Assembly (NCBI GenBank): GCA_047284725.1
Contig: JBJBEO010000001.1
Location: 1,816,203-1,880,202 of the forward strand
Origin: Synechococcus sp.
GTDB lineage: Bacteria; Cyanobacteriota; Cyanobacteriia; PCC-6307; Cyanobiaceae
Length of the DNA stretch: 64,000 nt
Direction of reading: 5' to 3'
Shown here: positions 8,144 to 17,581 of the stretch, piece by piece
How positions within the stretch are numbered: the first letter of the stretch is position 1
How the letters are laid out: every line of letters starts with the position of its first letter
Program-made: the position numbers and the translations under genes
The notes under the pieces: generated by a model
The model's input: the letters and a program-made list of their open reading frames with translations, nothing else
Databases searched by the model: none
Told to the model about the DNA's origin: nothing

Positions 8144-9646
8144 ATGGGGAGCACCACAGGCCGCCCCGAGGGGGTGAGGCCAGCGATCGCCGGTGGGGAG
8201 GAAGCGCTGCGCCACCTGATGCAAACCGACGATCCGGTGTGGCTGGAGCACACCGACCGGGATCTGGCGACGCTCCGCTCCGGCTTTGCCTGTGCCCTGC
8301 ACATGCATCAGCCCACCATCCCCGCGGGCCGCGACGGCGCGTTGATCTCCCATCTCCAGTTCATGCTGGAGCACCCCGATGAGGGCGACAACCACAACGC
8401 CGAACCGTTTGCGCAGTGCTACCGCCGCATGGCGGATCTGATCCCGCGCCTGATCCACGACGGCTGCAGTCCGCGGATCATGCTCGATTACTCCGGCACC
8501 CTGCTGTGGGGGGTCGAGCAGATGAGGCGCCACGACATCACCGGCGCCCTCCGGTTTCTGGCCTGTGATCCCACCATGCAACGGCATGTGGAGTGGCTCG
8601 GCAGTTTCTGGGGCCATGCCGTGGCCCCCTCCACGCCGATCCCCGATCTGATCCTGCAGATCCAGGCCTGGCAGCACCAGTTCGCGGCCCTGGCCGGCGA
8701 GGCAGCCCTGCAGCGGGTGCGCGGCTTCTCCCTGCCGGAGATGCATCTGCCCAACCATCCCGACACGCTCTACACCCTGATCCAGGCCCTGAAGCAGTGC
8801 GGCTACCGCTGGCTCCTGGTGCAGGAGCACAGCGTCGAAACCCTGCGGGGTGAACCGTTACCGCGCCCGCACACCCTGCTGCCCAACACCCTGATGGCCC
8901 GCAATGCCGATGGCGACACCATCAGCATGCCGGCACTGATCAAGACCCAAGGCTCCGACACCAAACTGGTGGGCCAGATGCAGCCCTGCTACGAAGCGCT
9001 CTCGCTCGACCGCCAACGCCTGGCCGGCACCACCGTGCCGGCTCTGGTGAGCCAGATCGCCGACGGTGAAAACGGCGGCGTGATGATGAATGAATTCCCC
9101 GCGGCGTTCGAGCAGGCCCATCGGCGGATCCAGGCCGATGGCTCAGCCACCGTGGCCATCAACGGCAGCGAATACCTTGAGCTGATCGCTGCGGCAGGCA
9201 TCGATGAAGCCGACCTGCCGAGGATTCAGGCCTCTGGCCAGCACCGGCTCTGGCAACAGCTGGGGGCCGACCGCGGAGCAGACGCCGTCCATGCCGCCAT
9301 CGAGGCGTTGCAGCAAAGCGATCCCGGCTTTGCCATGGAAGGTGCGTCCTGGACCAACAACCTCAGCTGGGTGAAGGGGTACGACAACGTTCTGCAGCCG
9401 ATGCAGCAGCTCAGCGCCCGCTTTCACCAACGCTTCGACGCGGAGCTGCTCGCCAACCCCCTGCGCAGCCGCGATGACGACTATCAGCAGGCTCTCCTCC
9501 ACCTGCTGCTGCTGGAAACCAGTTGCTTCCGCTACTGGGGGCAGGGCACCTGGACCGACTACGCCCGCACCATTCACCAACGCGGAGAGGCCCTGCTGGA
9601 GATGCCTCCACCCTTTGAGGCATGCGCCAGCGATCAAGCCGGTTGA
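8144..9646 (+). CDS. glycoside hydrolase family 57-like protein
   Basis: ALHMHQP N-terminal motif, DYSGTLL, GFSLPEM, DGENGGVMMNEF, ETSCFRYWG. Confidence 0.85.
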   Translation: MGSTTGRPEGVRPAIAGGEEALRHLMQTDDPVWLEHTDRDLATLRSGFACALHMHQPTIPAGRDGALISHLQFMLEHPDEGDNHNAEPFAQCYRRMADLIPRLIHDGCSPRIMLDYSGTLLWGVEQMRRHDITGALRFLACDPTMQRHVEWLGSFWGHAVAPSTPIPDLILQIQAWQHQFAALAGEAALQRVRGFSLPEMHLPNHPDTLYTLIQALKQCGYRWLLVQEHSVETLRGEPLPRPHTLLPNTLMARNADGDTISMPALIKTQGSDTKLVGQMQPCYEALSLDRQRLAGTTVPALVSQIADGENGGVMMNEFPAAFEQAHRRIQADGSATVAINGSEYLELIAAAGIDEADLPRIQASGQHRLWQQLGADRGADAVHAAIEALQQSDPGFAMEGASWTNNLSWVKGYDNVLQPMQQLSARFHQRFDAELLANPLRSRDDDYQQALLHLLLLETSCFRYWGQGTWTDYARTIHQRGEALLEMPPPFEACASDQAG

Positions 9647-9885
9647 AACCAGCTGCGCAGGCGCGTGATCAGCATCTGCAACAGCTCCACCAGCCCCAGA
9701 CGCGGGCGCGGCGGCCTGGGCCGAGCCAGCACGGCATGGTCAGGATGCTGAAGCGGCGCGGCGTACCCCTCAAAAGCGCGCGTCACCGACACCTCCCCCT
9801 GAAGTTCCTCCGCCAGGGTGCGGGCGTTGATGCGTGACCCACAGCCGGGGGAATGCCGGCCGGGCTGTGGTGATGGTCTCGTCAT
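9634..9885 (-). CDS. hypothetical protein
   Basis: 83-aa ORF preceded by a GGAGG SD-like sequence. Confidence 0.55.
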   Translation of the reverse strand: MTRPSPQPGRHSPGCGSRINARTLAEELQGEVSVTRAFEGYAAPLQHPDHAVLARPRPPRPRLGLVELLQMLITRLRSWFQPA

Positions 9886-9934
9886 CGTTCAGTCCTCCCG
9901 AATGCAACAAGCAAGCCTGGGGCTGCAACCCCTC

Positions 9935-10174
9935 TCAGTCGGCCACCGACTCCCCATCGTCTCGCTGACGACAGGATTTCTCCCGCCATGCTGACGCCGC
10001 CAACAGGATCACTAGCACCGTGGGTTCTGCCGCACGGCCTGGATCGGCGAGCACCGTCTCCATCAGAGCGAAGGAGCCGACAGCAACGCCACCACCCATC
10101 ACTGTCGCGGTCAGCACCGAGGCGATGCCGCAGGCAATCGGGTTGGTCTTCAGCACGGTGTTCATCACAGCCAC
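9935..10174 (-). CDS. small membrane protein
   Basis: Hydrophobic ORF (NPIACGIASVLTATVMGGGVAVGSFAL..VLVILLAAS). Confidence 0.5.
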   Translation of the reverse strand: MAVMNTVLKTNPIACGIASVLTATVMGGGVAVGSFALMETVLADPGRAAEPTVLVILLAASAWREKSCRQRDDGESVAD

Positions 10175-10331
10175 GCCGCTGCCTTCACCATGGCCTCAGT
10201 CCCGCGCAAAGAACAGGTCTTTGGCGGAGAAGGACGGAATCTCTTCCGGTTCTCCACACCCGATCCTCCGCTCTGGGTAGAACTCCTGCTGCGATTGTCC
10301 GTGCGAGACAGCCGCTGTCTGCACTGAGTTG

Positions 10332-11654
10332 ATGGCCTCCCCCTCCCAAGTCCAGCCCCTACCGAGCACAGGCGCCCGCTTGGGCTTGCTTGAGGGACTG
10401 GCCTTTTTTCGCGATCCCCTCTTCGCCCAGACACGCTTCGCGCGGTTCGGTGATGTGTTTGAAACATCGCTCATGGGCCAGCGCTTGGTGTTCATCCGTG
10501 GTGATGCCGCCATCAGCGAGCTGCTCAGCCAGTCCGACGCCCTGGAGGGCTGGTGGCCCGACAGCGTTCGTCGCCTGCTGGGCAGCCATTCGCTCGCGAA
10601 CCGCAGCGGTGCTGCCCACAAAGCGCGGCGCAGGGTGGTGGGGCAACTGTTTTCAGCCGCAGCCCTTCAGCGCTACAGCCCGGCGATCATTGCGCTGGTG
10701 AACGAACTGGCCGCCGAACTCAACGCCAGCCCGTTGCCGATCCCTCTGGCGGATCGGATGCGTCGGTTCGCCTTCTCCGTGATTGCGTCGGTTGTGCTGG
10801 GGCTCGACGACCACGACCGCGACGCTCTCTTCGGCGACTTTGAGATCTGGACCAAGGCCCTCTTTTCAGTGCCTGTGGCCATCCCTGGCAGCCCCTTCGC
10901 CAGAGCCCTGAAAGCCCGCAGTCGTCTACTGAAGCGCCTCAAAGGCGTCCTTCAGCGTGCCGACTGCAGCCGTGGCGGCCTCGATCTCCTCGCCGGCGGA
11001 CTCGACGAAGCCGGCATTCCCCTCAGCGATGACGATCTGGTGGAACAGCTGCTGCTGCTGCTGTTTGCGGGCTACGAAACAACGGCATCATCGCTGAGCT
11101 GCCTGATGCTGGAGCTGTTGCAGCAACCAGCCCTCGCCACCTGGTTGCGCGAGGAAACCGATCCGCTGCCATGGCCCCCAGCTGGCGATCAGGCCCCAGG
11201 GGCCTACGACCGCAACCGAGCTCCCCGGCTCGAGGCCCTCGTGCAGGAGGTGATGCGGATGACGCCTCCGGTGGGCGGCTTTTTCCGGCGCACCACCAGG
11301 CCCATCACCCTGGCCGGTGTGACCGTGCCCACCGATCGGGTGATCCAGGTCTCCCTCGCGGCCTCCAACCGCCACGGCCCAGGCGACCTGGAGGTCTTCC
11401 GTCCCCAACGCCATCTGGAGACCACGGGCGATCTGCCGATGCTGATGCCCTTTGGAAGTGGCGAACGGATCTGCCTGGGTAAGGCTCTGGCCGAACTGGA
11501 AATCCGCCTGATGGTGGTGGGGCTCTTGCATCAGGTGGATCCAACCCTCACGCCCGATCAGGATGTAACGCTGCAACTGATTCCCAGCCCCATCCCCCGG
11601 GACGGATTGAAAGTGCAAGCATCTACGGGTGGTTCGGGGCGAGCGGATGCATGA
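10332..11654 (+). CDS. cytochrome P450
   Basis: I-helix FAGYETT, K-helix EVMR, heme motif FGSGERICLG. Confidence 0.96.
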   Translation: MASPSQVQPLPSTGARLGLLEGLAFFRDPLFAQTRFARFGDVFETSLMGQRLVFIRGDAAISELLSQSDALEGWWPDSVRRLLGSHSLANRSGAAHKARRRVVGQLFSAAALQRYSPAIIALVNELAAELNASPLPIPLADRMRRFAFSVIASVVLGLDDHDRDALFGDFEIWTKALFSVPVAIPGSPFARALKARSRLLKRLKGVLQRADCSRGGLDLLAGGLDEAGIPLSDDDLVEQLLLLLFAGYETTASSLSCLMLELLQQPALATWLREETDPLPWPPAGDQAPGAYDRNRAPRLEALVQEVMRMTPPVGGFFRRTTRPITLAGVTVPTDRVIQVSLAASNRHGPGDLEVFRPQRHLETTGDLPMLMPFGSGERICLGKALAELEIRLMVVGLLHQVDPTLTPDQDVTLQLIPSPIPRDGLKVQASTGGSGRADA

Positions 11655-11838
11655 CCTGCGCTGGTTGCTGCTGGCCTGGGGTGTCCTGGCCCTGGCAGCG
11701 GCCGTGAAATTTGCCCGTTTGGCTCGGCAGATGCGCGGCAGCCTCGGAGCCGGCGCCACCGGTCTCCGTCCAGACCGCCCGCTCGAAGACAGCCAGAAGG
11801 TGAGGGAACAGCTGGAAAGGGCCTGGCTGCGCAAGTGA
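11647..11838 (+). CDS. small membrane protein
   Basis: MHDLRWLLLAWGVLALAAAVKF..REQLERAW; overlaps the P450 stop, suggesting translational coupling. Confidence 0.65.
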   Translation: MHDLRWLLLAWGVLALAAAVKFARLARQMRGSLGAGATGLRPDRPLEDSQKVREQLERAWLRK

Positions 11839-12227
11839 TGCCCTGGAAGGGAGACGAGTGAAGCGGCACTGACGGCTGCAACCCGTGGTCTGACCCCAAC
11901 CCAGGCCGCGATCCTTCTGCCGTGATCTCAAGACATGGTGGTCAGTTCCCCTTACTGCTCTTAACTTGATCTTTACCTGCTGTTGTCCTGGATGGACGGA
12001 GCCCACAGCCGACTCGTCAAGCTTGAAGCCAAGGCCTATCGCTGCCTCTCGCGCCAGGAAGCCCAGCGCATCCTGCGTGAAGCCGACCAGCTCAGGGGCT
12101 CCCTCAGCGCGAGCACTGGCCACGCGAACGCAAACGACGTCGCCTGAGGCGCTTCACCAACAACGTTGACAAAGGTCTGACAAGGCTGCCGTCGTTGTCT
12201 ATTGCTGGGATCAGCACGACCAAGCCC

Positions 12228-12995
12228 ATGCGCCGCACCGTTTCCTCCCTCGCCGTTGCGGGTTTGCTACCCGTTGCCTTGGGAGTTCAGTCGCCCGCTC
12301 TGGCGCAGGTGGGTGGCGTGGCCCCCCGCCAGCCCGTCACGGTCGCCGTCAAAGAGATCACCAATTCTGCGTCAGGCGTGTGGTGGTGGAGCCCGTCGGT
12401 GTCGAAAAAACTCACCGACATGCTCGCCAATGAGCTGAAGTCGAGCGGCAATTTCACCCTAGTGGAGCGACAGAGGCTCAATCAGGTGCTGAGCGAGCAG
12501 GAACTGGCGGAGCTGGGAATCACCCGCCAGAGCACAGCCCCGAAGCGAGGCATGATGACCGGCGCCAAGTACTACGTACTGGGCAGCGTCAGTGACTACC
12601 AGGAGAACGTCGAAACCAAGAGCGGTGGCGGCGGCTTCAACATCATGGGCTTCGGTCAGCGCAAGACCTCGAATCAGAGCAAGGCCTACGTGGCCCTTGA
12701 TATCCGCGTGGTCGACACCACAACAGGAGAGATTGCCTATGCCCGCACCATCGAGGGCAAAGCCACATCAACGTCCACCTCCACCTCGTCCAGCGGCGGC
12801 CTCTACGGCCTTTCCTTCAGCGATTCCCAGTCTTCATCCAACAAAGTGCCAGCATCCAAGGCCGTACGTGCCGCGATGATCGAAGTGGGCGACTATCTCA
12901 ATTGCGTGCTCTATCTGCGCAACAGCTGCATCGCTGACTACGACCGCAAGGAACGCAACCGCCGGGAGGCCACCAGAGACGTTCTCGAATTCTGA
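12228..12995 (+). CDS. CsgG/HfaB family protein
   Basis: Signal peptide; LTDMLANEL..GNFTLVER..L..VLSEQEL, GAKYYVLGSVSDY, VALDIRVVDTTTGEI motifs. Confidence 0.88.
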   Translation: MRRTVSSLAVAGLLPVALGVQSPALAQVGGVAPRQPVTVAVKEITNSASGVWWWSPSVSKKLTDMLANELKSSGNFTLVERQRLNQVLSEQELAELGITRQSTAPKRGMMTGAKYYVLGSVSDYQENVETKSGGGGFNIMGFGQRKTSNQSKAYVALDIRVVDTTTGEIAYARTIEGKATSTSTSTSSSGGLYGLSFSDSQSSSNKVPASKAVRAAMIEVGDYLNCVLYLRNSCIADYDRKERNRREATRDVLEF

Positions 12996-13552
12996 TGGCG
13001 CCCTCACCACGCCTGAAACTCAGGCCACTGCTGATGGCCCTGCTGTTGCCTCTGCTTTGCCATGGCGGCAACGGTGCTCCCGGACGACCGGCGTCCGCAT
13101 CAGCCTTGCTGACGGAGGCCCCAGCAGCACCGTCCGTCAGGAGCCAAGAGGCCCTGCAGGACTTCCTGCGTCAGCTCGATCGAGCTGAAGATCTCTACAA
13201 CCTCCTGATGATTGAGGAGGCCGACCGCGTCAGCGACCTCACCGTGATGCGCATCAACGCCTTCCTCGAGAGCCATCGCCATCTCAAGGGAGTGGAGGAC
13301 ATCGAGGCGGTGCTGCAGGCCCGCACCAGCCAGCTGCGCGACCTGCGGGCACTGAAGCAGGTCGATCGGAGGCTGGAGGAAGTTCAAGCAGCCGACCGCT
13401 ATGACCGGCTCCAGCCTGAACGGCTCAGGCGACAGAGAGAACGACAGGAACAGGCCTATCGCCTGGCGGTGGAGCTGCGTCGTGCCGCGGAAGCCAGAGC
13501 AGCCCGCTGGTGGCCGCTCTGGTATGGCAGTCCTCTGCTTCGGATGCGCTGA
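12995..13552 (+). CDS. secreted helical hypothetical protein, coupled to the CsgG-like gene
   Basis: TGATG overlap; signal-like N-terminus; charged helical C-terminus. Confidence 0.7.
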   Translation: MAPSPRLKLRPLLMALLLPLLCHGGNGAPGRPASASALLTEAPAAPSVRSQEALQDFLRQLDRAEDLYNLLMIEEADRVSDLTVMRINAFLESHRHLKGVEDIEAVLQARTSQLRDLRALKQVDRRLEEVQAADRYDRLQPERLRRQRERQEQAYRLAVELRRAAEARAARWWPLWYGSPLLRMR

Positions 13553-13732
13553 CACTGCCGATAAGCATGAATACCTGTTGCCACGGCTGCCGGGCCTCAC
13601 AACAGTGAATGCAACCGCACGCTGGCCATGCAAGTCCGCAAGCCCGGATTGCCCAGGATCGCCAGACCCCACACCAGCAGCCAGCCATCAACGCTGCCAG
13701 CGGTCGACGGCCTCGCTGGCCATGAGTGTCGG

Positions 13733-13969
13733 ATGCGCAACGACCGGCAGAGCTACTTCAAGCTGGTGCGCGCTCTGGTGCATGCCCAGTTCAATCTGGA
13801 AGACCAGGAACTCAGCTCCCGCCTCTGGCAGGACGTGGCCGATCGAGACCTGGATCGCGGACGCATCCTTCATCTCCTCTACAGCTGCCACGACCTCCAT
13901 GACGATGACGAGATGATGCGGTGCAGCGACGAAGCGTATGTAGCCCTCGTGGATCCGAGAGACCCCTAG
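13733..13969 (+). CDS. hypothetical protein
   Basis: MRNDRQSYFKLVRALVHAQF..LWQDVADRDLDRGRI; start uncertain. Confidence 0.65.
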   Translation: MRNDRQSYFKLVRALVHAQFNLEDQELSSRLWQDVADRDLDRGRILHLLYSCHDLHDDDEMMRCSDEAYVALVDPRDP

Positions 13970-13987
13970 GTCTGTCTCTACTGACCG

Positions 13988-14266
13988 TCACCATCGCCGT
14001 ACGTTGTTGCGGAGTCGTTGAACCCAGGGCGTGGCATTGCGCATCGAGCCTGAGGAGTGGCGATGCTGGCCCTGCGACTGCTCGATCGCTTCCAAATCGC
14101 GGCGAAGTTGTCGTAACACAGGCAGCAGCAACAGGCCGGCGATCAGTGCCACCAGCAACAGCACGGGCAGCAGTGTGAGCATCCAGATGGTGGCCACCAC
14201 TGCAGCCACGCCAGTGGCGAGCTGCTGACGCCAACGCCGTGGCCGCCCCCCGGGAAGTTGTTTCAC
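13988..14266 (-). CDS. membrane hypothetical protein
   Basis: GTG start after GAGGA; long hydrophobic segment. Confidence 0.65.
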   Translation of the reverse strand: MKQLPGGRPRRWRQQLATGVAAVVATIWMLTLLPVLLLVALIAGLLLLPVLRQLRRDLEAIEQSQGQHRHSSGSMRNATPWVQRLRNNVRRW

Positions 14267-14269
14267 TCC

Positions 14270-14425
14270 TCAGAGTTCGAACACCGTGCCCAACAGGCTG
14301 GCCGGATGCGCGAAGTCTTCGACCCGCCGGCGCTCAAGCTGAAAAAGCATGGCCGCATTCGCCATGAAACGCACCGCCGACAGCACAGCCAGACCGATGC
14401 AGAGAGGGCAGTGTGTGATTCCCAT
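14270..14425 (-). CDS. small protein with a CxxC motif (51 aa, not in the ORF track)
   Basis: MGITHCPLCIGLAVLSAVRFMANAAMLFQLERRRVEDFAHPASLLGTVFEL*. Confidence 0.6.
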   Translation of the reverse strand: MGITHCPLCIGLAVLSAVRFMANAAMLFQLERRRVEDFAHPASLLGTVFEL

Positions 14426-14537
14426 CCAACGAGCATCTCCGCTCCTTCGCGGCTGCGATCACGCCCGTTCCATTTCTTGATCATCCAGGGATGAAGACGA
14501 CCCGAGGCCGGGGCCCCGAATCGCCACTTCATTGGGG

Positions 14538-14711
14538 CTACTGATGCTCCCGTTGCCAGCGGGTGAGATTGGCCGGCGAAAACTTATGGCCATGGCGCAT
14601 GGCCACTTTGGCCACGCAGGTGTTGTCTTTGCCGCAGGCCTCCACTTCGCGGCGAAGGGAATCGTTGCTCTGGGCTTTGGAGAGGAACGTCTCCAGTTGC
14701 TTCATCGACAT
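14538..14711 (-). CDS. Nif11-like leader-domain protein (57 aa)
   Basis: MSMKQLETFLSKAQSNDSLRREVEA..VAKVAMRHGHKFS matches the Nif11 leader pattern. Confidence 0.8.
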   Translation of the reverse strand: MSMKQLETFLSKAQSNDSLRREVEACGKDNTCVAKVAMRHGHKFSPANLTRWQREHQ

Positions 14712-14818
14712 GGGTGAAACCTCGCGATGGGTTACTGCACCGCTAAACAGCACATCACCGAGCCCCCTGCAGCCATCCGCTTTTCTTCCACATCCGCCTG
14801 CATTGGGGCAGGCGATGC

Positions 14819-15211
14819 TCAAGCACCGGTGGCGGGTGGAGCATCCGGATCCGGCGACAACCCCTGACATCCGAGGGCCCAACGGCGCGCCAGCAACAGC
14901 CCGGGGTAGAGCCTTCGTGCCCGACGACGGTCGCGAAACAGCAGCTGAAGCAGCTGGAGCAAGGGCTCACTGGCACGCATCCGTCGGCTCAGTTCGGCAA
15001 TGGCGGCGCTGCCATGCCAGGCCTTATCACCGTCCAACAGCACTGCACCATCCGTCAGGTCAAGACCCCTTTGCCGCAGCTGATGGCGCAGTTGATGCGC
15101 TTCGCGGCCATCCACGATGCAGAGGTCCGGCAACCCGGCGGCCACCTCGCTGCGCAGCGCGAAGTGTCTGCAAAACGGGCAGCCTCCGTCGTACACGAGC
15201 GTGAGGGGCAT
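14819..15211 (-). CDS. DCC1-like thiol-disulfide oxidoreductase (DUF393)
   Basis: LVYDGGCPFC (DxxCxxC) at the N-terminus. Confidence 0.88.
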   Translation of the reverse strand: MPLTLVYDGGCPFCRHFALRSEVAAGLPDLCIVDGREAHQLRHQLRQRGLDLTDGAVLLDGDKAWHGSAAIAELSRRMRASEPLLQLLQLLFRDRRRARRLYPGLLLARRWALGCQGLSPDPDAPPATGA

Positions 15212-15258
15212 CAGTCAGCACGTTCCGGTGCCGATAGGCTGGCCCAGGACACGTCAGC

Positions 15259-15729
15259 ATGCAGGCGTTGACCTCCGCCACATGGCGTTTCGATTCGATG
15301 CAGCACTGGTATCGCGGGTTGATCCAACAACTGGCCAGGCGTGCGGTGCGACAAGGCTGGAAAGGTTTGATCAGCCTGGTGATGATTCTTGCCCTGGGAG
15401 GTGCCGCCTGCGCCTCCACGGAGATGGATGCGCAATGGAGCTGTGATGGCGAGCCCCTCAGCGTCAGCCTCACGTCCGGAGCCGTTGATCTGCGCGGCCT
15501 GCCGCCAAACGTGCCCAACACGGAAGGCAATACCGCACCAGGCGATGGCGTGCTGATCAAGTGGGGAGGGCAGACCTTGCAACTCCCCCGCACCAACAAT
15601 GCCGGCACCCCCAGCTACACCGATGGCCACTGGTGGTGGCGTGTCCTCACCCCAGGCCAAGCCGAATGGAAAGAACGACGAGGACAGATCATCAGCTACA
15701 CATGCCAAGCGATGGAGACGGAGCCATGA
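15259..15729 (+). CDS. secreted hypothetical protein
   Basis: Signal-like segment, WSCDG..LQLPRTNNAGTPSYTDGHWWW; start probably downstream. Confidence 0.7.
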   Translation: MQALTSATWRFDSMQHWYRGLIQQLARRAVRQGWKGLISLVMILALGGAACASTEMDAQWSCDGEPLSVSLTSGAVDLRGLPPNVPNTEGNTAPGDGVLIKWGGQTLQLPRTNNAGTPSYTDGHWWWRVLTPGQAEWKERRGQIISYTCQAMETEP

Positions 15730-16202
15730 CCCCACCCATGCTCTCCGCACTAACGTTGCGCCAGTGCGATTTTGACCGCTTCGGCACCGCGCTTCTGCCG
15801 GTGGACGACATGGTTCCCCACAGTGATCGGGATGCCGAGCTGCAGTTCGCAGGAGACAACCTGCGGTACTACGTGATGCGTCTCAAACGACGACCTGCCG
15901 TGGTTGGCAGCATGACCCGCCATCTCAAAGCCACGCAATGCCTGGGTTCAGCCGATGCCAACCCCTGGTGGCTCGCGGTTGCCAGTGCAACCCTGCTGCC
16001 TGAGCAACTCGATGCCTCCAGCGTGAAGCTGGTGAAAGTGATGCCAGGCGAAGGCGTGAAACTGCATCCAGGCACCTGGCATGCCGGTCCCTTTTTTGCA
16101 GCCGACACCGCCCTGTTCTTCAATCTGGAACTGAGCGACACCAACCTCAACGACCACAACTGCCAACAGCTGGGTACACCGCTCAGACTGCGTCTGGACT
16201 GA
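15726..16202 (+). CDS. ureidoglycolate lyase-like cupin
   Basis: FDRFG, MTRHLKATQCLG, GVKLHPGTWHAGP, FFNLELSDTN. Confidence 0.8.
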   Translation: MTPPMLSALTLRQCDFDRFGTALLPVDDMVPHSDRDAELQFAGDNLRYYVMRLKRRPAVVGSMTRHLKATQCLGSADANPWWLAVASATLLPEQLDASSVKLVKVMPGEGVKLHPGTWHAGPFFAADTALFFNLELSDTNLNDHNCQQLGTPLRLRLD

Positions 16203-16429
16203 TTGGCAACTGACACGCCAGACGAGACCAAAATTCGGATTGGTGTGTGTTGTGAGAACGACGCGTTGCGATCAGCGTCGGTGGCGCCTGGAACGATGAC
16301 GCAAGGCTTTGATCATGCGCCTTGGTTTCGAGAGAACACGCTCCACCTCGATCCGGTTCGACGCCCACAGCAGCACGGAGCACAACAGGATGACGCCAAC
16401 AAGACCGATGTAAAACCCGAGCACTGAGC

Positions 16430-16618
16430 TCAGGCCGCCAGAGAGATCGCATCGTGATCGTCCACGTTTGTCTGCAGATCGGCGAACGTTTCACCCTCGT
16501 CGATGGCATAAAGCTTGAACAAGGCCATGGCGGCTTCATCCCAGCGCTCAGCCTCCACCGCCTCCAACATCTGCTGGAAGCACATCACATTCACCACTTC
16601 CAGATCGAGCGCGTCCAT
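16430..16618 (-). CDS. small acidic hypothetical protein
   Basis: 62-aa ORF MDALDLEVVNVMCFQQMLEAVEAERWDEA.. Confidence 0.6.
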   Translation of the reverse strand: MDALDLEVVNVMCFQQMLEAVEAERWDEAAMALFKLYAIDEGETFADLQTNVDDHDAISLAA

Positions 16619-16822
16619 CTCAGCCAGGCAGCTGGGTGAAAGCTATCAACCCCCAGCACGAAAAACAACGACAACCACAAACAATCGATGCGTTTGGCTT
16701 GAGGCAAGTCGACTGACAAGGGCCATGGCGAACCATGGCCCCAGAGATGAGCAATGCAACAAAGGAAGGTTGGCGGTGGATCATCGGGCTGCTAAGACGT
16801 CCAGGGAGACCTCGAACAATCA

Positions 16823-17020
16823 ATGACACCAACCACGCGCATGCACGTGTTGCGCCGTTCTCGCGAGATCGTCAACGACATTCTCACAGAACAGGAAAAA
16901 CAGGAGTATCAGATCATCAGCCAGCTGGACGAGGTAATTGCTAAAATCTCATCTGGAGTAGAAGAAGCCAACAAAAAAGAAAGCACAAGCAGCGCCAAAG
17001 CAGACGGGTCGAATTCATAA
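16823..17020 (+). CDS. small hypothetical protein at the edge of the AT-rich islet
   Basis: 65-aa helical ORF. Confidence 0.4.
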   Translation: MTPTTRMHVLRRSREIVNDILTEQEKQEYQIISQLDEVIAKISSGVEEANKKESTSSAKADGSNS

Positions 17021-17581
17021 GACTGCAATTCCACAAACAACAATGCCATGCGCCGATATTTCATCCATCGCAATGTGTCATCAAATCGCCAAAGACAAAA
17101 CCAATTCCAAAGCAGAGTAAAGACGACACGAAAAAGTAAGAAGTCACCCAACTTTACCCAAATGACTTCGATTCATTTAAAACAATCAGCCTGAAAAAAA
17201 TATTCAAGCGAAAATGTAAATTCGAACAGACAAAGGTCAGCGAAGAGGCCAATCCCATTAACTACGACTTACCACAGAAACGAAGCCTATCTCCTTAGCA
17301 ATTCCTAAAGCGACTGGGCCAAGAGACTCTCAAGCGAAATATTAAATCATTCGCCAAAACCAGGAAAATTTAGAAACTTGCATTAAAATTATTTTTTAAT
17401 TTAGGTGCAGCTTAATCCAAAATCGATAAATTCACTATAACAAAATGACCAGGGGTTGATGGCACAAGCTCAAGAAGCGGATGACAGAGGCGGGCACGGC
17501 TACACTGGGTCCGATAAACCATGAAAATCTCAGAAGACGCTTGGACTGCTCTCCATGCAATGCAAATAAAAATTCAAAATC

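Noticed and set aside
14538..14711. Prochlorosin/lanthipeptide precursor
   Set aside because: No double-glycine site, no core peptide and no modifying enzyme in the window
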